Assembly: GCA_965222115.1 (NCBI GenBank)
Contig: CBDCTJ010000007.1
Span: 448,001 to 512,000 of the forward strand
Origin: Planctomycetota bacterium
GTDB taxonomy: Bacteria > Planctomycetota > PLA2 > JAEUHO01
Reading direction: 5' to 3'
DNA length: 64,000 bases
Below are positions 30,209-40,236 of the stretch, one piece after another (positions within the stretch are counted from its first letter, which is position 1; each line of letters opens with the position of its first letter). Both the position numbers and the translations under genes were made by a program. The notes under the pieces are model-generated. The model ran no database searches. It was not told the DNA's origin and saw only the letters and a program-made list of their open reading frames with translations.

Positions 30209-31567
30209 TTACACCCCAAGTTTCTTACGCTTGTATCGAAGAACCCGTTCATGGATGCCTAACAACATCGCGGCCTTCGTTTGAACGTCGCCCGCGCGAC
30301 GAAGCGCTGCACGAATCAGCCGGCGCTCCAGTGCTTCCACCGCTAAGCCGAGATCCAGCGGGGCGTCGTCACGTATCAAACCATCGTCTGACTGAACGAG
30401 AATTTTGCTTGGCAAGTCGGACAATTGAATAAGCGGGAGTTCCGCAGTGAGTACAACTCGTTCGATGACGTTACGCAGCTCCCGCACATTTCCTGGAAAC
30501 GAATACGTACTCAGCGCGTCCAATGCCTCGGGGGACAGCCTCAAGTCACCACGACCCTGCCTCAACGATGCGTCACGAACGAATTGTTGCGCAAGCTCGC
30601 CAATGTCTCCTCCGCGAACGCGTAGCGGCGGTAGGTGTACGCGCAAGACGTTGATGCGATGGTAGAGGTCGGATCGCAACGTGCCAGCGCGCACCGCCGC
30701 CTCGACATCGCGATTGGTGGCCGCCACGATTCGCGCGTTTACGGATCGTGGTGTGCCTTCACCCACACGCGTAATTTCTCGCTCTTGAAGCACGCGAAGC
30801 AACCTCGATTGCAACGCAAGACTCAGCTCACCAATCTCGTCCAAGAAGAGCGTACCGTCTCCAGCTGCTTCAAAACACCCCACGTGATCCCGTACGGCGC
30901 CGGTGAATGCTCCTCGGACATGGCCAAAGAGCTCCGATTCAATAAGCCCATCGGGCAAAGCGCCGCAATTGACCGCTACAAAGGGCCGTTCATGTCGCGG
31001 GCTCTGTTCATGCAACATGCGAGCGATGAGTTCCTTCCCCGTGCCACTTTCGCCCGTTACGAGGACGGTCGCAGTACTCTTGGCAAGACGGGGAACGAGA
31101 TTGAGGACATCCACCATTGCGGGGGAGTTTCCGATCACGCCTTCCACGAGCTCCCGTTGCGAAACTGCTCTCTTGAGCGCGGCGTGCTCACGCGTTAGAG
31201 CCCGCAATTGTAGCGCTCGCGCGATAACGCCCACCAGCACTTGGGGTTCAACGGGCTTTTGAAGTACATCGAATGCGCCGAGGCGCATGGACGCCACGGC
31301 CATTGGCACCGTGCCGTAGGCGGACAGCACGACGGCCGCTACGTCAGGATCGATGTCGCGTGCCGCGCGAAGCACGTCGAGCCCATCACCATCAAGCAAG
31401 TTGAAGTCCGTAAGGATGACATCGGGCTGGACATCGCGCACGACGGCTTTGCCTTGCGTCACGGACGCGGCCTCGCTTACGTCAAAGCGCTGAGCGCGGA
31501 AGTAGTTGACCAGCAAGTCGCGTTGTTGCTCTTCATCTTCGACGATCACGATGCGGGGTGACTTCAC
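30209..31567 (-). CDS. NtrC-family sigma54-dependent response regulator
   Basis: REC domain, GESGTGKE, ELFGH..GAFTGA, LFLDEIGE, FPGNVREL, Fis HTH; GTGA overlap with the kinase. Confidence 0.95.
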   Translation of the reverse strand: MKSPRIVIVEDEEQQRDLLVNYFRAQRFDVSEAASVTQGKAVVRDVQPDVILTDFNLLDGDGLDVLRAARDIDPDVAAVVLSAYGTVPMAVASMRLGAFDVLQKPVEPQVLVGVIARALQLRALTREHAALKRAVSQRELVEGVIGNSPAMVDVLNLVPRLAKSTATVLVTGESGTGKELIARMLHEQSPRHERPFVAVNCGALPDGLIESELFGHVRGAFTGAVRDHVGCFEAAGDGTLFLDEIGELSLALQSRLLRVLQEREITRVGEGTPRSVNARIVAATNRDVEAAVRAGTLRSDLYHRINVLRVHLPPLRVRGGDIGELAQQFVRDASLRQGRGDLRLSPEALDALSTYSFPGNVRELRNVIERVVLTAELPLIQLSDLPSKILVQSDDGLIRDDAPLDLGLAVEALERRLIRAALRRAGDVQTKAAMLLGIHERVLRYKRKKLGV

Positions 31568-33168
31568 GCGCCTTCCTCTCTTGGTGCAAATCGAATCTGA
31601 ACGCACGCACCCTTCGAGTCGGACCGCACAACGCGCACGCTACCCCCGCTCTCCATGATGAATCGCCGGGCAAGGGGTAATCCGAGACCGTGCCCGCCGG
31701 GACGCTCCGAAGCGCCTACGCGAAACACGCGCTGAAGGTCTTGCGTAAATCCGGGGCCGTTATCGCGCACATCAATGCATACAACCCGTTCCTCGTCATA
31801 CCAATGCAACGTTACGACATCGCCAGGAGGGGAAGCACTGATCGCGTTTCGCACGAGATTCGTCAGTGCCTGTTCCAAAATGAGCGGATGGGCCGGCACC
31901 TCGAGTATGGGCCCGTCAATGCGCACGCGAACGCGAACGTCGGCCCGCCGGGCCACGACGCTCGTTCGTCGTTTGACATCATCGAGAACGCGGGGATCGG
32001 AGCGGCCTAGTAGTGATTCGCGGGGCCGCGCAAGACCCAGAAAGCGTTCCAACGTGTCTGTCATGCGTTGGGACTCAGCCCGTAACGTTCGCCTGGTTTG
32101 CTGCAATACGTTCTCGTCATGCGCGTGTTCCAGCAGACTCAGGGCGAACTGCATGGAGTTGAGTGGGTTGCGAATCTCGTGGGCAACCAGTGCTGCCAGC
32201 GCACCCATGTCCGCTAGACGTCGTTCTTCTTCCACGCGATCGCGCAGATCTACTTCTCGGAGCGCGGCCCGCCGCTGCACAACGACGGTCCAGGCCACAC
32301 CGAGCAGACCGAGTGCTGCGGCAACGCACGCCCAAAGCAGAATCCACATGCGGGTGCGTGTGACGATGTGATCGGCAAACGCCGTCGCAAGTGCCACGCG
32401 AATCTGAATGGGCGTCCGATTCTCCAAAACAAGCGGGACCGTGGTGATCAGCGCGTCTTCGCTTACCCGAAACGACTCTGCTACTGGCGCGTCGTCGTGC
32501 GAGGAGGACTGATCGACGTCAACAGCACGAACACCGGGTTGTTGCCGGAGGCGATCCAGGAGCGCACGAATGCCAAAGCGGTCTCGCAGGGCGTGAAGCG
32601 CTTCTGCATTTACGCGCAGCAGCAAGGCGGTGCCATCGGCGCGGCCGTACACAACACCAAACCGCTCGCGAGTTCCAAATGCGTTTCTGCGAACGCCCTC
32701 AACAGCACAAGATCCGGGAGGGGGCATTGCTTCGGCGACCGACTGGAGAATGTCTCGCACTTCCATGCGACGCGTGTCTTCTGGCCGAATCAACGACGGC
32801 CCTCCGGTGGGAACGCGCGCGGGGTATCGTGCGCTTGCAAGTACGCCACGGTTCGGATCTACCAGGTAGAGGCGTGAAATACGATCCACGTGTGCAATCT
32901 TTTCCAACACGCGTTCTCGAGGGTGTCGCCAGTGAATCAACGCCTCATCAATCCGGCGCGCGCTGGTCTCAAGGCGCCTGGCCAACTGGTGCTCTGCCTC
33001 TTCAAGGCGCCCAGCAGCTTCCGCCGCAGCGCTGCGGAGCATGCGAGCAACCGTGATCCCCTCATCACGTAGTGAGGCATAACGATCTCGACCGACGCGG
33101 TCCCATGACACCCACGCGACAACCCCGAGACAGAGAAGAAGCAGCAAAGACAATCGCAGGCCACGCAA
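31564..33168 (-). CDS. Membrane sensor histidine kinase
   Basis: Two TMs around a periplasmic domain; AHEIRNPL, NLVRNA, DNGPG, GHGLGL. Confidence 0.95.
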   Translation of the reverse strand: MRGLRLSLLLLLCLGVVAWVSWDRVGRDRYASLRDEGITVARMLRSAAAEAAGRLEEAEHQLARRLETSARRIDEALIHWRHPRERVLEKIAHVDRISRLYLVDPNRGVLASARYPARVPTGGPSLIRPEDTRRMEVRDILQSVAEAMPPPGSCAVEGVRRNAFGTRERFGVVYGRADGTALLLRVNAEALHALRDRFGIRALLDRLRQQPGVRAVDVDQSSSHDDAPVAESFRVSEDALITTVPLVLENRTPIQIRVALATAFADHIVTRTRMWILLWACVAAALGLLGVAWTVVVQRRAALREVDLRDRVEEERRLADMGALAALVAHEIRNPLNSMQFALSLLEHAHDENVLQQTRRTLRAESQRMTDTLERFLGLARPRESLLGRSDPRVLDDVKRRTSVVARRADVRVRVRIDGPILEVPAHPLILEQALTNLVRNAISASPPGDVVTLHWYDEERVVCIDVRDNGPGFTQDLQRVFRVGASERPGGHGLGLPLARRFIMESGGSVRVVRSDSKGACVQIRFAPREEGA

Positions 33169-33422
33169 TGAGGGGAATCCGCCCTACCCTCTGCCGCGCC
33201 CGATGTGAGTCTACGCGGATTCGCACATTCCAAGAGATTCGGCGCAACGACCGAGCACCGGAGGGGCTTTTCACTATCACCTCACGAACGCCTCTCCAAA
33301 ATCACTCACCATCGGGGGACGTAAAGGCCCTTTGTGTCGTCCAAATCTTCGGCAGTAGTATGGAGCGCGGCGCAAACGGTGCATCCGGCACGCACCCAAA
33401 GCGCGAAGCAGGAGGTTGGGCT

Positions 33423-34430
33423 ATGCGAACAAGGGTACGGAATCGCTATTTCCGCGCATGGGCAGTTGGCTGCGCGTTTCTAGTCACGCTCTTCGTGATG
33501 CCGACAAGTGCCAAAGCCGGTGATTGCCACGAGTACCGTTCGTGCGAATCGAATCGCTGCGGATCGAGTCGCTATGAATCGAGTCGTTGCGGCGACAGAC
33601 ATGGACGCGTTCGTGGCCGCGATTGCTACGACACATGCCGCCCGCGCAGCCGGCTCCATGGCTACGGCTCGTCGTGGCGTGTTCTGCGTGCCCACATTCG
33701 AGCCCGCCGCGCTGTGCGCCAGGCTTATTTTCATCACTACTTCATTCGTCGCTTTGCCCGCGGTGCCCATTCGCGTCATGCATTGCGTCCCAATGTTTTG
33801 GTGAAGCCCTCTTCCACCCGCTGGGTTGCGCGGCCCTATCTGGATCGTGGTCTTGCGCGCTTTCACTTTGCCGAGTACCGAGGTGCGCGAGAGGACTTTG
33901 ACGCCATCCTTGTGCGCCAGCCTAAGAACATCGAGGCCCTTTACGGGCGCACCATGAGTTCGCTTTGCCTCAACGAATGGGAACGCGCCGTTGAAGACAT
34001 TCGTCGCTTGGCCAGCTACGACGAGTTGAAGCGCGGCGATCGCCTGGCGGCCGACGAGCTCTTCGCCAAGTCGCGCGCGCTACCGAGCCTCTTACAGGGT
34101 CTTACCTCGTATCGACGCTACAACCCCATGGATGGCGACGCGCGCATCGCAAGCGTGTGGCTCAACTGGATCACCGGGGACCTCGATCGCGCGCGTGAGG
34201 TCCACGCCTTTGCGAGCCAGAAGTCGCCCAAGGACAAGCTACTACAGCATCTCGGCGCGTTACTCAAATCCGAACCGGGCACGCCAAATGCAAAGCCGAC
34301 GCCGGCCGCTGAGCAAACGCCGGTTAAGAAGGGCGAGGAGCGTGCAGCGCCAACGCCCACGGATAAGCCGCTTCAGGCCCCACCCGCGCGCTTGCCGCCA
34401 GTCGCCACGTCCTCGACCAAGCCCGCCTAA
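33423..34430 (+). CDS. Exported protein with Cys/Arg/His-rich N-terminus, TPR-like core and Pro-rich tail
   Basis: GGAGG RBS before ATG 33423; signal peptide ending AKA. Confidence 0.65.
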   Translation: MRTRVRNRYFRAWAVGCAFLVTLFVMPTSAKAGDCHEYRSCESNRCGSSRYESSRCGDRHGRVRGRDCYDTCRPRSRLHGYGSSWRVLRAHIRARRAVRQAYFHHYFIRRFARGAHSRHALRPNVLVKPSSTRWVARPYLDRGLARFHFAEYRGAREDFDAILVRQPKNIEALYGRTMSSLCLNEWERAVEDIRRLASYDELKRGDRLAADELFAKSRALPSLLQGLTSYRRYNPMDGDARIASVWLNWITGDLDRAREVHAFASQKSPKDKLLQHLGALLKSEPGTPNAKPTPAAEQTPVKKGEERAAPTPTDKPLQAPPARLPPVATSSTKPA

Positions 34431-34642
34431 CGCAGCGACAACTCGCAGCGGCAGCCCAACGCGAAGGGCCCCGCACCGCGATTTCGTCGCGGGGATTGCC
34501 TCCACCTCGACTAAGGTTTGCGGCTCGCTGGTGCTCGAAGCGCGCGTGTTTCGAGCCACCCGCGGCAGCGCTTTCGAGCGCGGCTGCGACGTGCCCGTAG
34601 AGGGATCCAGTCGTTCGGAACCCCGCCGTTAGGAGAAGATCC

Positions 34643-35251
34643 ATGGGCCGTTATACCGGACCGAAGGTTAAGAAGTCCAAGCGCGTGCGCGCGCCCATCG
34701 CTGAAACCACCAAACACATGAAGGCCGATCTCGAACGCGGACCCGGTGTCCACGGCATGAGTCGTCGGCGCAAGACCACCATCTACGGTCAGCGCTTGCG
34801 CGAAAAGCAAAAGCTCGCGTTCTTCTATCACGTGTCCAATGGCCAGTTCGTGCGCTACATGAAGGAGGCCAAGTCAAGCCCGGTTAACACCGCCGACAAG
34901 CTCAATGAGTTGCTCGAACGCCGGCTCGACAATGTCGTTCGCCGCGCCGCATTCACGCGCACCATTTGGCAAGCGCGTCAAGTGGTTGTCCATGGCCACA
35001 TTCAAGTGAACGGCAAGAAAGTTGACCGTCCTTCGTTTCAGGTCAAGGTCGGCGATGAAATCACTGTGCGCGGCAAGAGCAAAAAGGCCATCACCGCCAT
35101 GGCCGAGTCGGTCGACGCCGGCACGATCGTGCCCAACTGGCTAAGCGCCGACAGCGAAAAGCTCACCGCCAAAGTCCAGCGCCTCCCGGAACCCGAAGAG
35201 ACCTTCCGTCCCTTTCAGACCGACATGCAGTTGGTTGTCGAGTTCTACTAG
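34643..35251 (+). CDS. rpsD: 30S ribosomal protein S4 (Cys-free type)
   Basis: MGRYTGP...PGVHG...YGQRLREKQK...LERRLDNVV...QARQVVVHGH...VDRPSF...VVEFY; AGGAG RBS. Confidence 0.97.
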   Translation: MGRYTGPKVKKSKRVRAPIAETTKHMKADLERGPGVHGMSRRRKTTIYGQRLREKQKLAFFYHVSNGQFVRYMKEAKSSPVNTADKLNELLERRLDNVVRRAAFTRTIWQARQVVVHGHIQVNGKKVDRPSFQVKVGDEITVRGKSKKAITAMAESVDAGTIVPNWLSADSEKLTAKVQRLPEPEETFRPFQTDMQLVVEFY

Positions 35252-35257
35252 GCTGGG

Positions 35258-35776
35258 CTAGACGAACGGCTTGCCCACCACTTCGCCGCCGATGGAGTAG
35301 CGGACACCGCGCGTGACCTTGGTCACGCGGTGCATGATGTAGGACGGGTAGATCAAGAGCGTGCCGCGTCGCGTGCCCGCGGTGTGGGTCTCGTTGGCAA
35401 ACAGCTCGAGATTGCCGCCGCCGTAATCCTTGGGGTTGCTCAGTTGAATGAGCGTGGTGATCTTTCGCTTGGCAATGTCGCCGTCACCGAGATCCATATG
35501 CCAATCGAAGAAATCACCGCGGGTGTATCGGTAGATCTCGCCCGACACGGAGAGTTTGCCGTTGTAGCGCCAATATGCCTTGTTGGCTTTGTCCACCGCG
35601 CGTCGTAGCTTGTCGAAGATCTTCGTCGGCATCGTCACGATGGATGTGCGCTTGGAGATGTACTCCCTGTTCTCTTTGTAGGCGCCGCCGTGACCGTGAT
35701 CCTGGCCCCATAGGGCGATCAATTCATCGCATTCTTTGGCCGTCAATAAGTGCTGTTCGTGAAACGGCTCTTTCAT
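35258..35776 (-). CDS. 2OG-Fe(II) oxygenase (PKHD/P4H-like)
   Basis: WHMD...RKIT...YGGGNL...MHRVTKVTRGVRYS (HxD...H, RxS). Start 35776 or 35818. Confidence 0.85.
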   Translation of the reverse strand: MKEPFHEQHLLTAKECDELIALWGQDHGHGGAYKENREYISKRTSIVTMPTKIFDKLRRAVDKANKAYWRYNGKLSVSGEIYRYTRGDFFDWHMDLGDGDIAKRKITTLIQLSNPKDYGGGNLELFANETHTAGTRRGTLLIYPSYIMHRVTKVTRGVRYSIGGEVVGKPFV

Positions 35777-35986
35777 GGTCACGCTGAGGCTAGCAACCGC
35801 ACGCTCGATGCCAAGCATGAAATCACTGCCTGTTCAACCGTTGTTGCCACAACAGCACCGCCGAGTGGTTACTTGTTGCAACGAGCCCGGGAACTCCATC
35901 CCGGTGTCGCAAAGCTGTTTCAGTTCACGCAGGAAGATGAGACGTTTCCTAAGTTGGACCGCCATACGTCCGTGGAGATCAATCCA

Positions 35987-36505
35987 ATGCGAAACAGAAC
36001 GAGAAAGACCTCATTGGCGACTCTCGCGATCCTCGGACCATTACTTTGTGTTGCTTCAGCGGAGGAACTACCCGTGAAAAGCGATGTGCCAAACGGGAAG
36101 AAGGTGCTGGCATCCATGACGTGGCTGGCGGGAGCGTGGCAAGGCAAAGCGTGGGGCGGAACCTTTCGCGCCTACTACAGCACGCCCGACGGCGGCAAAG
36201 TGGTCGGACGCAGCCAACTCTTGAAAGACGACAAGATCAGCTTTCACGAGTTTGAAGTCTTCGAAGTCCTGGGCAAATCACTCACTCTTCAGCCCTACCC
36301 GGGTGGGAAGCCTGCGGCATCTCTTGTCTTTAACACCAAGGCGTCGAGCGCGAAACGAGCGGTGTTTGAAAACCCAAAGAACGACTACCCCAAGCGCATT
36401 CAGTACGAACGCGCCGACGACAAGCGGCTTGTGATCAAACTATCCAACCCGGGTCAGAAGGACGGCAAGCAAGAAACATTCGATTTGACGCGTGTGGCGG
36501 AGTGA
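35987..36505 (+). CDS. DUF6265-like exported protein
   Basis: Signal peptide; WLAGAWQG...AVFENPKNDYPKRIQY; GGAG RBS. Confidence 0.7.
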   Translation: MRNRTRKTSLATLAILGPLLCVASAEELPVKSDVPNGKKVLASMTWLAGAWQGKAWGGTFRAYYSTPDGGKVVGRSQLLKDDKISFHEFEVFEVLGKSLTLQPYPGGKPAASLVFNTKASSAKRAVFENPKNDYPKRIQYERADDKRLVIKLSNPGQKDGKQETFDLTRVAE

Positions 36506-36591
36506 CGCGACACGATCACTTGGCACAATCTAAGATCTCGCGAGTGTCGGTTTGATGTCGCGTGCAAGTACGTACTCACGCGTGTAGAGGA

Positions 36592-37065
36592 CTAGTCCTT
36601 GTCTTTCGCGATTGGCTTCAACTTCTCCAATAGGTCGGTCAGTCCACACGCTGCAAACTCGAACGCGTACGCGCCGTATTCGGTAAGGACCCGAGACACA
36701 AGCGAACGCGCGGCATCCTCGTCACCCAACTCATAGGCCGCCTGCGCGGAACCAAGTAGCGCACAGACGGTGGATCTCGAGTGCCCCTCAATGATTCGTT
36801 CGTTGAGTTTTGCGGATTGACTGTAGAGGGCGCGAGCCTCTTCGTATTTTGATGCATCAAGCAGAAACATCGCGCGAAAGCCTATTATTTCAACAAGCGA
36901 GTATCCCCAGGCAGCATCGTCATCCGTGCGAGACTCAGCGATCTCCTGCAGGTGCTCAAGTCGCTCGTCCAAGGTTGGATCTACGCCCTCATCTGTAACA
37001 CAAGTCAAAAGTGTGTTCTTAAGCTCTTCGTTCCACTGCGTGTGCTTCATCTTACATCTATCCAT
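36592..37065 (-). CDS. Hypothetical helical (TPR-like) protein
   Basis: 157-aa ORF filling the gap; helical pattern only. Confidence 0.5.
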   Translation of the reverse strand: MDRCKMKHTQWNEELKNTLLTCVTDEGVDPTLDERLEHLQEIAESRTDDDAAWGYSLVEIIGFRAMFLLDASKYEEARALYSQSAKLNERIIEGHSRSTVCALLGSAQAAYELGDEDAARSLVSRVLTEYGAYAFEFAACGLTDLLEKLKPIAKDKD

Positions 37066-37169
37066 CGTGGTGTTCGATCCGAATCAACGACTACAATCTA
37101 GCTCGCACGGCACAGCATCGCGCGACGAATCTACGACTTAACGGCGAGGTGTCGCAATACTAGTACTTC

Positions 37170-38000
37170 ATGACCGCTTCACCGTCTCGCACGCCCACAC
37201 GCCGCCACAAACTTCGACGAATCATGCTCATCGTTCTCGCCACCTACCTCGGCATCTGCGCGCTGGCGTATGTGTTTCAACGCAAGCTGATGTACTTTCC
37301 CGATGCACGCGCAGTCGCACCGCACGCGGGCATGCAACACGTGGATTTGGTGACAAGCGACGGTGTTTCATTGGCTGCTACGTGGTTGCCGGGAACATCC
37401 GATGTGGCGTTTGTTTTGTTCCATGGCAACGCCGGTCATCGTAGGCATCGCTTTGATCTCTACGCGCCCCTGCAACGACGCGGGCACTCGATTCTCTTTC
37501 TCGACTACCGCGGTTATGGCGGCAGTGCGGGCTCACCAACCGAAGCGGGACTCTTGCTCGATGCCGAGGCCGCCGTGACGTGGTTGTCGAAGCACGCGGC
37601 AAACAGTCAAATCGTGTATTTTGGCGAGTCCCTTGGTTGTAGCGTCGCACTTGCGTTAGCGGCGCGTCATCCACCAAACGGCATCGTGCTTCAGAGCGGT
37701 GGGCTCGATCTGGGCGCTGTCGCGCAAGGGCACTACCCATTTCTACCAGTCAAGTGGTTGCTGCGCGATCGCTTCGACAACCGAAAGGCGGCGCCACACG
37801 TCACATGCCCGGCGCTCGTGATTCACGGCGCAAACGACACTATCGTTCCCATGCGCCATGGACGCTCAATCTATGACGCATTACCCGGGACGAAGCAATG
37901 GCTAGAACTCCCCACGGCGGGTCACAACGATGTCGTCACAGAAGGAGGTGCGGCCTACTTCAAGGCGATTGATACGTTTGTTCGCGGGTTGGGGCGCTAA
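37170..38000 (+). CDS. Alpha/beta hydrolase (ABHD13/17-like)
   Basis: N-terminal TM, FHGNAG, DYRGYGGS, GESLG nucleophile, HGANDTIVP, AGHND. Confidence 0.9.
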   Translation: MTASPSRTPTRRHKLRRIMLIVLATYLGICALAYVFQRKLMYFPDARAVAPHAGMQHVDLVTSDGVSLAATWLPGTSDVAFVLFHGNAGHRRHRFDLYAPLQRRGHSILFLDYRGYGGSAGSPTEAGLLLDAEAAVTWLSKHAANSQIVYFGESLGCSVALALAARHPPNGIVLQSGGLDLGAVAQGHYPFLPVKWLLRDRFDNRKAAPHVTCPALVIHGANDTIVPMRHGRSIYDALPGTKQWLELPTAGHNDVVTEGGAAYFKAIDTFVRGLGR

Positions 38001-38137
38001 CACACACCGAGTGAGGCGACGTCAATCTACAATGCTTACATAATTCCCACATAGCGCACATGCCTGCTCCACACAATGTTTGTAGCCTACCGCCGATCAA
38101 TACCCGCTACCTGGGTGCGTTTTCGGAGGCTCCATTC

Positions 38138-40183
38138 ATGACAACACCGCAAGACACTATGATTGAACGCGATGCGCCTACCGACTTCACGGAACCGAAA
38201 CCATCCCACACCGTACACGATGTCCGTAGCCAGGCAGGATCCGGCGAAACGCTGCAATCCATCGTACAGCGGCGACTTTCACGACGTGACGCGCTGAAGG
38301 GCGGCCTTGGACTCGCCGTGACGACGCTGTTTGCCGGTGCAGGGCTTTCGGGATGCGGCTCCAGTGGCAGTTCCAACAGCGCGGTGCTACCGACCCTTCC
38401 CACGCTGAACTTCGATTCGATTCCTGGTAGCTCGGCAGACGCACTCGCGGTCGCCGCGGGTTACGAAACCGAAGTGTTGATTCCTTGGGGTACGCCCATC
38501 CTCGGAAGCATGCCCGCCTTTGATGACTCGGGCGCTTCGAGCAACTCCGCCGCCCAGCAGGCAGAGCAGATAGGAAGCAATCACGACGGCATGACCTTCT
38601 TCCCCGTAGCAGGTAGCAGCACACATGGAATCCTGGTGCTAAACCACGAATACAGAAACAGCGGCACCCTTTTCGGCAATGCAGGTCGAACGGAAGACGG
38701 TTCGGGGGCGCCGACCGATCCTGATCAGGTGCGCAAGTCGATCAACGCGCACGGCATTAGTGTCGTTGAGATCATGAAGACCGCAAGCGGGTGGACCGTT
38801 GTCAACTCTACACTCAATCGACGCATTACGGCGGCAACGCCAATGCAGTTCTCAGGGCCAGCGGCGGGTGATGACCTGCTAATCACCAAGTACGATGTGG
38901 CAGGCATGTCCACACGTGGCACGGTAAATAACTGCGGCAACGGCGAAACGCCCTGGGGCACGTACCTCACGTGCGAAGAGAATATTCAGGGCTACTTGAT
39001 CGACACGTCGGCAACCGTGGCTCCGGAGAAATCGCGCTACGGCATCAACGATGCGGGCTTTGGCTATTTGTGGTCAAACGTCGCTGGTGATGCAAGCGAA
39101 GTGAATGACGAGTTTGCACGCTGGAACACAACCCCCAGTGGTGCGGACGCGACCACGGACTACCGAAACGAAGCCAACTGTTTCGGATGGGTTGTTGAGA
39201 TCGATCCCAACAACGCATCAAGTACGCCCGTCAAGCGCACCGCGATGGGCCGTTTCCGGCACGAGGGTTGCGCCACAAGCCGACCCATCAATGGACAGCC
39301 CTTGGCCTTCTACATGGGCGACGACGCGCGCTTTGAATACGTATACAAGTTCGTCACCGATGACAACTGGAACGCTGCTTCGCCACCGGCCGATATGCTT
39401 GACCGTGGCACGCTCTACGTGGCCAAACTCAATGACGACGGTACGGGCACGTGGCTACCACTCGACATCACACGGAGTCCGGCCCTAGCGGCACAGTTCT
39501 CCCGCCAGGCCGAAGTGCTTGTTTATACGCGTATGGCTGCGGATACGCTTGGCGCTACGAAAATGGATCGACCCGAATGGGCAACTGTCGATCCGCAAAC
39601 AGGCGAAGTGTATCTCACGCTCACCAACAACTCGCGTCGCGGCGATCCGGGCAATGAAGGCGCAACGTCCCCGAATCCACGCGCCCCCAACTCCCACGGC
39701 CACATCATTCGTATGCGTGAGGACGGCGACCGCGCGGACGCCGAGACGTTTACGTGGGACATCTTCGTTTTCGGTTCCAACGCAAGCGCCGCGGCATCGC
39801 AGAACATCTCGGGGCTCACGCTTGACAACGAGTTTGGTAGTCCCGACGGTCTGTGGATGGATCCGCGCGGTCTCCTGTGGATTCAAACCGACAACGGCGC
39901 CCCGCTTGACTCAAACTCCAATGATCAACTGCTCGCCGTCATCCCAAGCGAACTACCGAACTCGGAGCGCGCCATTGACGGCAGCACGACGGATTATCTA
40001 CGCCGGATGTTTGTTGGCCCCGAAGGCTGCGAAGTAACCGGCATCACCATGACCCCCGACGCACGCACGCTGTTTGTCAACATCCAGCACCCACGCGGCA
40101 CATGGCCTGGCGGTGCCGGCACAATTCCTCGCTCGGCAACGGTTGCGATCTCGCGTACCGACGGTGGGACGATCGGGGTCTAG
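38138..40183 (+). CDS. phoX: PhoX family alkaline phosphatase (DUF839), Tat lipoprotein
   Basis: SRRDALK Tat motif + LSGC; NHDGM, NHEY, NNCGNGETPWGTYLTCEEN, GRFRHE, MDRPEW, SPDGL, EVTG, NIQHP; GGAGG RBS. Confidence 0.9.
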   Translation: MTTPQDTMIERDAPTDFTEPKPSHTVHDVRSQAGSGETLQSIVQRRLSRRDALKGGLGLAVTTLFAGAGLSGCGSSGSSNSAVLPTLPTLNFDSIPGSSADALAVAAGYETEVLIPWGTPILGSMPAFDDSGASSNSAAQQAEQIGSNHDGMTFFPVAGSSTHGILVLNHEYRNSGTLFGNAGRTEDGSGAPTDPDQVRKSINAHGISVVEIMKTASGWTVVNSTLNRRITAATPMQFSGPAAGDDLLITKYDVAGMSTRGTVNNCGNGETPWGTYLTCEENIQGYLIDTSATVAPEKSRYGINDAGFGYLWSNVAGDASEVNDEFARWNTTPSGADATTDYRNEANCFGWVVEIDPNNASSTPVKRTAMGRFRHEGCATSRPINGQPLAFYMGDDARFEYVYKFVTDDNWNAASPPADMLDRGTLYVAKLNDDGTGTWLPLDITRSPALAAQFSRQAEVLVYTRMAADTLGATKMDRPEWATVDPQTGEVYLTLTNNSRRGDPGNEGATSPNPRAPNSHGHIIRMREDGDRADAETFTWDIFVFGSNASAAASQNISGLTLDNEFGSPDGLWMDPRGLLWIQTDNGAPLDSNSNDQLLAVIPSELPNSERAIDGSTTDYLRRMFVGPEGCEVTGITMTPDARTLFVNIQHPRGTWPGGAGTIPRSATVAISRTDGGTIGV

Positions 40184-40236
40184 CGAATCAACGGCATTTC
40201 GTGATCTATCTCAAGAAGTAGCGAGCTATGCGCTCG

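Noticed and set aside
35258-35776. 2OG oxygenase as a ribosomal-protein hydroxylase of neighbouring S4
   Set aside because: Only convergent adjacency; the sequence is PKHD/P4H-like, not JmjC/YcfD-like.
35870-35950. c-di-GMP-I riboswitch-like GCAAAGC with nearby hairpins
   Set aside because: Lacks the GGCAAA / GNRA tetraloop-receptor architecture.
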